NCBI RefSeq assembly: GCF_016595435.1
Contig: NZ_JAENIJ010000002.1
Span: forward strand, 84,545-148,544
Direction of reading: 5' to 3'
Source: Luteolibacter pohnpeiensis
GTDB lineage: Bacteria; Verrucomicrobiota; Verrucomicrobiia; Verrucomicrobiales; Akkermansiaceae
DNA: 64,000 bases
Below, in pieces: positions 18,805-28,800 of the stretch (the stretch's first letter is position 1; each line of letters opens with the position of its first letter). Under the pieces are notes generated by a model, which was not told the origin of the DNA, did not search any database, and saw only the letters and a list, made by a program, of their open reading frames with translations. A program made the position numbers and the translations under genes.

Positions 18805-21800
18805 TCACTCGCCGACCTTTAAACGGATGTCATCGGAGTTCGCCCGCAGCTCCGGCGCATACATGCCCTCCGCCATCGCGGGGAGTGCTTTGTAGGTGCC
18901 TGGGGCTTCGGCCCGCAGTTGGTAGCGAAGCGTGTGTTTTCCCCGTGGTAGCGAGCGGATGTAGAAATTCACGCTTTCGTTCCGCGGTTCCATGTAGGCG
19001 TTCAGGGTGCTGCCAGGAACGTATCCGCTGAGGGCTTCCAACGGCTCAAAACCGGCGGCTTTCGCATCGGAAAACAGCAAATATTCGTAGTCGTTTTTGC
19101 TCTCCAGGATCAATTCGACCTCAATACGGTCGCCCGATTTGACGGAATCGCCATCTTTCAGGACTTCGCGGCGGAACCGTTGCTCAAGCTGATGCGTCAC
19201 CAATCCGGTCGAATCCGGCGTTTCGGTTTCTTTTTCGAGCGGAATCAGCCTCGAAACGCGGCGCTGGACTTTCACCTCCAGGCCCGTGGCCTTGAGCTGA
19301 TCTTCCATGGTGAAAACCTGGAGATAGGCATTTGCATAGAGCGTGCCCTTGCCACTGCGGCGCAATTCGATCTGATGCTTCCCGCCAGGGACCTGCTCAC
19401 CGGAAAGAACGATGGTGCCATCGAAATCGAAAAGATTGTCGCGGTTGATTTCGACCGTTCTCAGCGAATTCCCATCGACCAGAACTTCCACCTTCATCTC
19501 AGGTGCGCCCTCGCCGCTGGCAGTGAAGTAATCCGCAATCGCCTCCACAGCAAACGCCGTATCGCGGGTCGATTTCCAGGCCGATCCCTGGCGGCGATTG
19601 TTCACCAGATACTTCGCCACTCCACGCGCCACGGAGTCCTTGGGTTTCACCGCGGCCAGCAATTTCAGATACCAGGCGTTTGCTTCCACTTCACTGCCAT
19701 ACCAATACCACCAGTAGGTTTGGTTGTTCAGATCAAGGTAGGCAGTCTGATTTTCAGCGTCCTGTTTTAGGAATTGGGAGACCACCTCAAGCATTTCATC
19801 ACGTCTCGCCACATCCCCCATGCGATTTTGCTCCAGCCCAAGCAAACACTGGGCGTAAACCGGCAAGTCCAGCCGGTCGCGATACAGAAATGCCGCCATC
19901 GGCTCGGAATTCCTCAATGCCTGCCCCAAAACGTATCGCACGAAAGCGTCAACGGCATCACAGCGCACTTTCTCGCGCAGATTCTTGTTCGGCACTTTTT
20001 TCCCGGCAGCTCTCAGCGCCTGATTCTCCACGTAACGCTGCAGCGCTTCCGCTTCGTGACGCTCGTAGGCGATCAGCCAGCCAATCGCGGGATCAAGCAT
20101 GGTCGATGGAATATCCACTCCAGCCTGATTCGCCGCCAACAAGCCATGAACGATCAGTGCCGTGGTGTGTGGGTAAGAATGCTCGCCGTAGCCGGAAAAC
20201 CAACCCCAGCCGCCATCGGCATTTTGCATCCCTGCCAGTCGGTCAAGCCCCGTGCTGATCATGCGATCCAGCTCCGCTTCATCAAACACTGGATTGCGTT
20301 GCCACTGCTGCCATTCCTTTTCCCGACCGGAACCCAGTTGCTGGGGATTCAAATTGATCCGTTTCGCACGGATTTCCGCCAGATTCACGCCCATTTCCGT
20401 CAGCATTTTGCGGGCGATCGCTGCTGGCACGAAACGATTCAACGTTTGCTCAGTGCAGCCGTGAGGATAGTCCGCCAGGTAAGGAATCGCATCCACCACC
20501 GCTCCGGCAACCGTCGGCGAAAAACGGATCGTCAGCTTCGATTCCTCCGGCCGACGCTTGTCCGGGACTTCGAAGTCGATGGCGGCCGATTCCTGATCCT
20601 CGGTGACCACGCGGCTCCACGCTTCCTGTTTCGAGATGCCATGGACCAGCACCGGAAGCTGGCGCTCCACCGCATCGCCATCGTCGTCTGCAGTCACTTT
20701 CATGCGCAGCGTCGCTTCACCGGCGTGGAGTGCTTTCACTTTCCAATCGACGCGTTTTTCCGACATCGCCGCCATTTCCACCGTTGGACTTTCTCCACTG
20801 ACCAGTTCCAGCGCTTCACCATCGAGTTCGAGAGAAACCGTCACCGATTTTGCTTCAGAGTGATCGTTGTGAACCACCGCACTCAGCACCGCTTCATCTC
20901 CTTCTACGAGAAACCGTGGCGCTTGCAGTCGGACCAGCAGTTCCTTCGACGTGATGATTTCCGCAGTGCCCTCGCCAACTTGTGTACCATCTGCCATCGC
21001 CCAGACCCGGGCCTTCCAGGTGGTCAAATTATCGGGGAATTCCAAGGGGATCTCGGCTTGGCCATTTTCGTCGGTTTCGATTTCACCAGACCATTTCAGC
21101 AAATCCGCAAAGTCCTTGCGGACGTGGATCTCAGGCGCAGCAGCCATTTCAGCTCCTTTAGCCATCGCACCACCTCTGGCCATCATCGGTGTGGCAGGGG
21201 ATGCAGCAAAAGGGTCAGCATCAGACTCTGCAAATTCATAACGTTGCCTACCGTAAAGGCTTCGCGACTGCGTCCGTATCCCGGCATCTGCGTAATAACC
21301 CAAATGCACCATTTCTTCTGAACCATCCCGGACCAAATTCCCGGAAGCGATCGGAATGGAGTCTGGAATCGAATAACCATAAAACTCGTTTTTCCAACCC
21401 CAGAAATTCTCATTGATCGGCCCGACGTTGGAGCCTCCGGCAATGGCTTCCAGTGCTTTATCGTAAATGGTCAGAGCGGCCTTCCCGCGAATCGGATTTC
21501 CCGCAGCATCCTTGAGCGTCAGCTTGATCGAGGAATGCGCCTGGGGTTGCACCCGGTTTGCAGCTGGCTCCAGAGAGACATCGATCAGCTTGCTAACAGG
21601 TGGTAGCAGCACCTCGCGCTCGGTCGAATGCACCTCCCCGTTGAACACGGTCACCGCTTCGATGAACATGTTGGGCATGTCGCGTGCGTCCAAGGGAACC
21701 GGCACTTCAAGGCTTTTGCCGTCCAGTTTCACCAGCTTCGCCTCGCGACCACTGTTTCCCGCCATGTGAATGAAAAGCCAGACGCTTGCATCCGCGTGAT

Positions 21801-24800
21801 CGCTATTCACCCGGAGTTTCAGGGTCTCTCCCGGCGCATAGGTTTGCTTATCGGTCAGCAACTCGATGTCACCGAACTTCCAATGCTCCGTGTCGGGAGC
21901 GCCGGAGCCATACACATTCAAAATCGCCCCGCCTTCCGTGACTTCACCGCCATCAAGCGAGAGCTTTGCGGAAAGCCGGTATTGTCCCGCAGCAGGTGCC
22001 TGGAATTTCTGCTCGATCTTGCCTTCGGCGTTCGTTTCCACCGGCCAGGAGGAAACTTCAGTTTCCTCGACTCGGCCATCGTCTCCGATATTCAGCTTGA
22101 GCAGGGCCAGGGTTCCCTTCGCACCAACCACCGGTTTCCCCGCCAAGGTAGCAGCGGAGATTTGCGCGACAACATCGTCACCTGGAGCGCTAAATCCACG
22201 CTCGGTCCAGACCACGACTTCGAATGGTTTTCGCGCTGCGATCACCTCCCCCGTGCCAGATTCCTCGCGTCTTGAAGCGTCCACCACTCGCGCCTCGATC
22301 ACGTATTTCGCGTCCATGTCGCCATGGGCCTGCAGCGCCGCTGCGGTATCCACCACCACTTCAACGGTACCATCTGGCCCGATTTCCGTGGTCTTTTGCA
22401 GCACCAACTCATCCGGCGTCCAACGGCCCCGATTTTGCCATGGCGGTGATGGTGGGAAGCAACGCCAGGAAGCCCAGGACGGGTGCCAGCTTGCGACCGC
22501 CTGAGGCCACCAGGCACCGGGTCCGTAAAGCCAATCCCATCTTGAAAGCGGGAACCAACGTTCGCCGAGCGATTTTCGTTTCACCGTGATCTCGACCCGC
22601 GCATTTCGCACCGGAGCACCATGGAAATAAGTCGCTTTGACCTTGGCGGTAAAAGTTTCGCCCAATTTCACCGGGGCATCTGGTGCCTCAACGGTCACCT
22701 CATACTCCGGCTTCCGATACTCCTCGACCCGGAAGGACATCGACGTCGAAATCTTGTCGACGATCTCGAATCTCGCACGCCATTCCCCCAGTGCCGCATC
22801 CCTGGGGATCACCGTCTCCGCCTCGACAGTTCCCATTGCATCGGTCTTCAGTTTTTCGAGTTTTACCGATTCGTCACCGCGTCCATTGTAAAGGGTTAGG
22901 GTCCCTTCCAAGTTGGCATATTTGCCATCCTCCGGATTGAAATAACCGACATTCCTTAGATAAAATTTCAAATGCACCGTATCCCCCGGCTGATAGAGCG
23001 GCCGGTCTGAAATCCCATAGCTGATGTCACGATTGCCATTCTCGAACCCAGACTCGCCGAGATAGTAGTTCAGGAAACCGGAATACGCCGACTTCCGCCC
23101 CTCGCTTTTCGCAACCGTCATCCATTGATAGTCACGGTCCCAATCGCCGCCATTTAGCAGCACCTTACCTTCCGCATCGGCAACGCGGGAAAATTCCTTC
23201 ACCAGGACATTCATTTTACGCCCCTGTGGCTCAGGCTTATTGACCGGCACGGTGCGAAAGCCGAAAAACTCAAATTCAGCCCCAGCGACAGGCTCGCCCG
23301 TTGCAGCATCGACGGCCCACCACTGTTTTTTACCATCCACATCCTTGTGCATCACGACCGTATCGACGATCCAGACCAAGGTGTTGAAAGGATGGCCATC
23401 GGCAGTTTCCGCAGTGATCCACCAAGCACCGGAATCCTCGACCGGAACTTCCAGCTCCACGTAAGTTTCCCGATGATCCGGAAGAGGCTTCAGGCTCTCA
23501 TCCCATGACTTCGCGACCTCGCCAATGTATTTGGACTCGTTATCATGAATCAATCGATTGGCCACGTTCGCGATGTTGATCATTTGATAATCGATCCCAT
23601 TGGGATTCGACTTCAGATAACTCACCGCATCTTTCAGAACGCTTTCCACATCCACCGGAGCAGCGGTCAACTTCAGCTCACGAGCATTCCGGAATACCAA
23701 AGGGAGCTTCACTTTGGAACCATGCGCCACGGATTCTGCACGATTGAACTGACCCCAGTCTCCGGTGATCTGCTCTAACAATTTCTTCCGCGAATCCTCC
23801 GGCCCCGGGCCATGTTTGGAAATGACCTGCTCCAGGCATTCTTCCGCCTTCTTCAATTGCAGGCGATCCAAGTAAACGGAAACCAGCGCGTCACCAGCAT
23901 CCCCGCCCAATCCCTTATCGTCCAAAATCGACCGATAGAGCGCGATAAAATGATAGTCCGCAGACAATTTGAAGCGCTTCACGCCATCCGATGTCTCCGC
24001 CAGGCATTCATCATCGGCGAGAGTCTCGACTTCCAGAATGCTTTTCGCCTGCTCCGGATCCTGCCAGCCCCATCGCTGATAAGAATTGAGACTTCTAATG
24101 CTGAATTCTTGCTGCAACTTCCGCGCCCGGATCATGATGACGCGCGCCTTGTTATTTTCATCCAGCTTCACCTGCTGATCCAATGCAAACCGCAATCTCT
24201 CGCCATCGTTCTTGGCTGCGTCCCAGCTTTCCGGAATCTGATAGAGGACCGGCTTGCCATCTTTCCACGGCGCCCCCTCAGTCCCTCCGTTCGGTCCGGG
24301 TTCACTCCATTCCGGTAGTGCATCCAGCGGCGTCAAGGTTTGCAACTTCCAGTCGTCCCGCTCCCCGATCAGTCCTTCGACATCTTGCCAAATATCGACC
24401 TTATCCTGAACCTCAACCGCCTTGGACTGTGCCAGCATCACCAACTGAAGGGAGCGAACGAAATCGCGGTAGTCGGTAAAAACGGTCTCCCCGGCATTTG
24501 CCACCGGATCCGCACCAGGCGCTGCCCGACGGATCGCATAGCCAGCGGAGGCATCTCGTTCAAACTCACCCGCGATGAGCCTGCCACGATGTGGAGCCCT
24601 CCAATATCCAGCAGCAGCCTCAGCCAGTAGCTTCGGGTTTTCCGCATGCGACGCTACGGCATTTTCTACCAAACCATCGAACTCGGCCCACTCGCGTAAA
24701 TTGCGCAATGCATCCACCGCATCACGCAGGTCCTCACCCGATTTGTCATCATTGATGGCCGAAAGTTGCTCACGATAAAGCGTTACCACATCGCGCCAAA

Positions 24801-24915
24801 GACCGCGTTTCATCAAGTCCTGACGCTGCTCACGCAACTCAGCCGAGGGCTGCGCCATTGCCAGGAAAGAACACCAATAGGTCAAAACACAAAGCCAAAC
24901 GGAAAATCTCATCAC
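18805..24915 (-). CDS. Alpha-2-macroglobulin family thioester-containing protein (2036 aa).
   Basis: Signal peptide. Thioester motif GCTEQ inside DYPHGCTEQTLNRF. The size is consistent with a large bacterial A2M. No pbpC partner is present in the window. Confidence 0.85.
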   Translation of the reverse strand: MMRFSVWLCVLTYWCSFLAMAQPSAELREQRQDLMKRGLWRDVVTLYREQLSAINDDKSGEDLRDAVDALRNLREWAEFDGLVENAVASHAENPKLLAEAAAGYWRAPHRGRLIAGEFERDASAGYAIRRAAPGADPVANAGETVFTDYRDFVRSLQLVMLAQSKAVEVQDKVDIWQDVEGLIGERDDWKLQTLTPLDALPEWSEPGPNGGTEGAPWKDGKPVLYQIPESWDAAKNDGERLRFALDQQVKLDENNKARVIMIRARKLQQEFSIRSLNSYQRWGWQDPEQAKSILEVETLADDECLAETSDGVKRFKLSADYHFIALYRSILDDKGLGGDAGDALVSVYLDRLQLKKAEECLEQVISKHGPGPEDSRKKLLEQITGDWGQFNRAESVAHGSKVKLPLVFRNARELKLTAAPVDVESVLKDAVSYLKSNPNGIDYQMINIANVANRLIHDNESKYIGEVAKSWDESLKPLPDHRETYVELEVPVEDSGAWWITAETADGHPFNTLVWIVDTVVMHKDVDGKKQWWAVDAATGEPVAGAEFEFFGFRTVPVNKPEPQGRKMNVLVKEFSRVADAEGKVLLNGGDWDRDYQWMTVAKSEGRKSAYSGFLNYYLGESGFENGNRDISYGISDRPLYQPGDTVHLKFYLRNVGYFNPEDGKYANLEGTLTLYNGRGDESVKLEKLKTDAMGTVEAETVIPRDAALGEWRARFEIVDKISTSMSFRVEEYRKPEYEVTVEAPDAPVKLGETFTAKVKATYFHGAPVRNARVEITVKRKSLGERWFPLSRWDWLYGPGAWWPQAVASWHPSWASWRCFPPSPPWQNRGRWTPDELVLQKTTEIGPDGTVEVVVDTAAALQAHGDMDAKYVIEARVVDASRREESGTGEVIAARKPFEVVVWTERGFSAPGDDVVAQISAATLAGKPVVGAKGTLALLKLNIGDDGRVEETEVSSWPVETNAEGKIEQKFQAPAAGQYRLSAKLSLDGGEVTEGGAILNVYGSGAPDTEHWKFGDIELLTDKQTYAPGETLKLRVNSDHADASVWLFIHMAGNSGREAKLVKLDGKSLEVPVPLDARDMPNMFIEAVTVFNGEVHSTEREVLLPPVSKLIDVSLEPAANRVQPQAHSSIKLTLKDAAGNPIRGKAALTIYDKALEAIAGGSNVGPINENFWGWKNEFYGYSIPDSIPIASGNLVRDGSEEMVHLGYYADAGIRTQSRSLYGRQRYEFAESDADPFAASPATPMMARGGAMAKGAEMAAAPEIHVRKDFADLLKWSGEIETDENGQAEIPLEFPDNLTTWKARVWAMADGTQVGEGTAEIITSKELLVRLQAPRFLVEGDEAVLSAVVHNDHSEAKSVTVSLELDGEALELVSGESPTVEMAAMSEKRVDWKVKALHAGEATLRMKVTADDDGDAVERQLPVLVHGISKQEAWSRVVTEDQESAAIDFEVPDKRRPEESKLTIRFSPTVAGAVVDAIPYLADYPHGCTEQTLNRFVPAAIARKMLTEMGVNLAEIRAKRINLNPQQLGSGREKEWQQWQRNPVFDEAELDRMISTGLDRLAGMQNADGGWGWFSGYGEHSYPHTTALIVHGLLAANQAGVDIPSTMLDPAIGWLIAYERHEAEALQRYVENQALRAAGKKVPNKNLREKVRCDAVDAFVRYVLGQALRNSEPMAAFLYRDRLDLPVYAQCLLGLEQNRMGDVARRDEMLEVVSQFLKQDAENQTAYLDLNNQTYWWYWYGSEVEANAWYLKLLAAVKPKDSVARGVAKYLVNNRRQGSAWKSTRDTAFAVEAIADYFTASGEGAPEMKVEVLVDGNSLRTVEINRDNLFDFDGTIVLSGEQVPGGKHQIELRRSGKGTLYANAYLQVFTMEDQLKATGLEVKVQRRVSRLIPLEKETETPDSTGLVTHQLEQRFRREVLKDGDSVKSGDRIEVELILESKNDYEYLLFSDAKAAGFEPLEALSGYVPGSTLNAYMEPRNESVNFYIRSLPRGKHTLRYQLRAEAPGTYKALPAMAEGMYAPELRANSDDIRLKVGE

Positions 24916-25282
24916 GCTACTATGACACCCAAACCGCTAATTTCTTGGAAGATTTATTTCTTTTCTTCGGTGCCTTTTCGCAAATAACGATGATTCCTAA
25001 TCGCTAGGCAGAAAAGCCCCAAGCAACTGGGCAAAATCTCGGAATCCATGTCCCATGAATGTTGCTGCACTCACGGAAAATGACATGGCTGAAATCGTGT
25101 TCCTGCCCATGCGTTGATTGAGCCGTATCAATCGGCCCAAGCAACGGGATCAGCCATAGCCACCGGTGGAACCGCTTGCCAGGTTCGATAGCCAAATTGG
25201 AGAGGTCAGCAATTCGTTCTTCTGTCACCTACGATAGCACCGACCTGCTTTCACTAAGTTGGAGCAATCAATCCAACTAACG

Positions 25283-25675
25283 CTATTCATAAGGGAGATC
25301 TTTGGCCGAGATTCCGATGAAATCAGGATCAGGCATTTCTGGCAGCTTGTAGGCATCAATCTTTTCCAATCCTAGAACCAATGCCTTACAAACCCGATGC
25401 ATCCCATCCATCACTCTACCATCCGGATCAAGGATGATCGGAAAACTCAAATCTGCACCATTAATAAGTTTGGAGTGATTCGCGATACTTCGGCATGTTG
25501 GAGCATCGCCTTCTGAATCATACCAATACATCTCGTCAATTTCCAGAATGCTGGTGAGTTCAATTTCCGAGGGCGTTAAATCGATCGTTTTCTTGATTAG
25601 ATTGCGCACATCCCATGCCAGCAATCCCTGTTCAGATGGCCGGAAATGATATTGAGGTCGCATTCTTTCTAACAA
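25283..25675 (-). CDS. Small ParB/Srx-fold (ParBc-like) domain protein.
   Basis: PIILDPDGRVMDGMHRVCKALVLGLEKIDAY resembles the ParB N-terminal / sulfiredoxin box (DG-HR...A). 130 aa. Same strand as the giant ATPase and 128 bp downstream of it. Confidence 0.45.
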   Translation of the reverse strand: MLERMRPQYHFRPSEQGLLAWDVRNLIKKTIDLTPSEIELTSILEIDEMYWYDSEGDAPTCRSIANHSKLINGADLSFPIILDPDGRVMDGMHRVCKALVLGLEKIDAYKLPEMPDPDFIGISAKDLPYE

Positions 25676-25803
25676 CGAATTTTCAAAAAATCTCAGCGCT
25701 AACTCAGATCGAAGAATTGAAGCAATTCAATGAATCCCCACACGCACCCTTGGCTGAAAAAAGCGTTAACTTTAATGCAATGGCTTCATCGGAATTCATG
25801 ACT

Positions 25804-28800
25804 CTATTCTTCACCAACGTTTTGCCGCACCTCGGGTTTGATGTCGATCGGAGGTTCATCATTTCCATCGAGGCTTTGGATAGGGCCGTTTTGTTCCTGA
25901 ACGGGCACCACCTTGATATCGACCTCCACTGGGACAGCTCGAAGGCCGGCGATGATGTCCCGCAATTGCTCCACAGTGGTCTCTGCAAGTGTTTGCGGTT
26001 TGATATAGTCCCGACCCGTTTCAGCAATGACAGTCCGGATGGAATCCAATCCGTCTTGAAAGGCTGAGAGTTGAGCGACGACGCGAGCCACCGGATCGTT
26101 CTCACCACTACCACCGAGCAGGCGGCGCTTCATGAATTCCTTTTTGATGTCCGTCCAACGGGCGATTTCCTTCTCATTGGCAATGCCTTCAAATTCCTTG
26201 AACTTGAGCAAGTTCGCCTCAGCCCCTTGAGTGAGTGTCTGCGATTCGTTTTGATAGTGATCCAGAATCAGTGACCGCACCTCCGCCAAAGTCATCAGTG
26301 GCAGGATCTTTTCAGCAATCCGATTCATGTTCCGATACGAACCTTGTAGCTTGAATGGCGGCTCTGTCCGATAGGCATCCTCTTGTGCCGCGCTGCGAAT
26401 GTATTCCTGGTTCACTTGCAGGATCGTGTCGCGGATCTCGAACAAATGGCGGGTGACTTTCACCATTTCCTCAATCTCTGCCGGTGCATAGTTCCCTTTG
26501 AAATCAATGCCTTCCTGAGAGCCAGTCGCGGCGATTTTCATCACCGTGTAGATGTCTTCCTGATGGCGGCTGGCTAGCTTCGCCATGACCTTGTTAGAAG
26601 TCAGGCTGTTCTCGATGTAACTCGCCTTAAATGCCTCAAGATGACCTCCAAGGATATCGCCGAGGTTATAGGTGTCCGCCCGGTTGGCGAGCATGTCCGG
26701 GATTTTGAACTTCGCGCCGCCTTCAGTATACGGGTTCCCGGCCATCACCACCGCGACCTTCTTACCACGGAGATCGTAGGTTCTGGCTTTGCCACGCCAC
26801 ACCCCTTCCATCTTGCGTTGGCCATCGCAAAGGCTGATGAAGCGTTGCAAAAATTCGGGGTTGGTGTGTTGGATGTCATCCACGTAAATCATCACGTTAT
26901 CCCCCATCTCAAGCGCGAGATTGAGCTTATCCACTTCCTCACGCGCCGAAAGGTTCGGTGCTTCGGTCGGGTCCAGGGAAACCACGCCATGCCCAAGCGC
27001 CGGGCCATTGATTTTCATGAAAGTGAGGCCAAGACGATTCGCCACATATTCCATGATCGTCGTTTTCCCGTAACCCGGTGGCGAGACAAGAAGCAACAAG
27101 CCTGAACGGTCGGTGCGTGTATCCACACCGGCGGTGCCGATCTGCTTGGCAAGGTTGTCTCCGATCAGAGGAAGATAGACTTCATTGATCAGCTGATTGC
27201 GCACAAACGAACTCATCACTCGTGGCTTGAATTCATCAAGCTTCAGCGACTCGCGTTTCTCCTCCGTCAACTGTTGCTTCAACCCGGCGCAAGCTTCGAA
27301 AGCAGGAAGATCATGTCGCTCGAACTTCATCAGCCGATCTCGAAACGCATGGTAATCGGTTTCATAAACTCCGCCATCACCAATCATCGGGTGCTGGCCG
27401 CGCAATCCCGAGACATGGATTTTCGAAACCACCTCAATCACTCCAAGCTGCTGGATGCCGCCACGCAACCAGTGAGCCGCAGCTTCCGCTACCCAGGAAA
27501 GTGGTGAGGTTCCATGCTGTGTTTCTTGAATGGCAGCCGATTTCAATTGCCCAGCCATCCAATCAAAAATCACCAGAAAGCGCCTTTCCGCATCCTTCTC
27601 AAATGCGGTCAGCACCTTGTTCATTTCAGCGACGGCACCTCTCTGATCCATTGCCAATTTGAACTCAGCGGTCGTTGCGGCTGCTTCAGCCGAAGCAGCG
27701 AAAGCTCCGCCCTCTGCCAGCTGTTCGAACAGATAACCGGCCGCCTCAGCTGCGAAAGAAACAGGCTCTGCGTGCTCACCGATACCCGCAATTTGCGAAG
27801 CCGCAGCTGAATCGGTTAGGAATGCCGAAAGCTGCCGCTGCAGCGCGGCCTGCATCGGGTGATTCGGAGTTGGAGCGGTGCCAAACGCGCGCCGCATCGC
27901 TCCGTGTGAGGCGATCATCGGCGCCAAGCGCGAACCTTCCTGCGTGTCCTTGAACACTTCCCAGAACAACATCGCCAACGTGCGAACGCGCGGGCCGAAT
28001 TTCAGCAAACCCAATGCATCATGGATCGGGCGGATCGCTGTGAGCAATTTCACCGCATCTTCGTCATGAACGCCCTTGGTATAACCTTCGGCATATCTAG
28101 CAGACATGAAGGCGTGCACCGCCTCCAGATCATTGCCTTGGTTTCCATCCTGCAGCATCCGATGAATCAACCATTCGACCCGATACACCTGGCGATTTTC
28201 ACTAATCAGTTGCTGATCCCAAACCTCGCGCGTGGCAAGAAACCGCTCATCGGTTACAGGCTCAAAAAATCCAGTTCCTGATAGATGATAGGCCATGCCT
28301 TCCTCATGTGGCACAATCGAAAGCGCAAGCTCCTGAGTATTGACCGAGAACCGATGCTTGCCGAATTGCAAAACATCTTTGCCGCCTGCGAACAACTCCT
28401 TGCGATCGCGCAGTTGTCGGATTGCATCGCTTTGCAAGGTCTTCAGCCGTGTCTGAAGATCATCCGATTTGACCGTATCACCCAAATCGCGAAGTTCAGA
28501 AATGATGTCGCGCAGCTTGGAAACCATCAGGTCACCCGCAAAGTAACCATTGATCGCGTCCAAATCCTCCTGCGAATCGGCGCGATTTTTGACACCGCTG
28601 AGAATTCGCTCAGCGGATTTCATCAGGTTACCCGCACGCCGACCGCGTTGTTCTAACAGCGACTGCTTCCGTCCCTCGAACGCTTCATAGACTTCTTCAC
28701 GCTTGCGTGAAAGTTGGTCGACATACTCATCGAAGTCAGCGAACCGACCTTCGAGTTCCTCGACCTGGACCATCACCTTGGTCAGGTATTCATCACACTT

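Noticed and set aside
19774-21321. 515-aa plus-strand ORF, plus many 60-200-aa ORFs nested in 18805-24915.
   Set aside because: They are antisense or frame-shifted shadows inside the continuous alpha-2-macroglobulin gene.
25004-25228. 74-aa minus-strand ORF in the A2M upstream region.
   Set aside because: No motif, no RBS context, and it lies in the promoter region. Probably non-coding.
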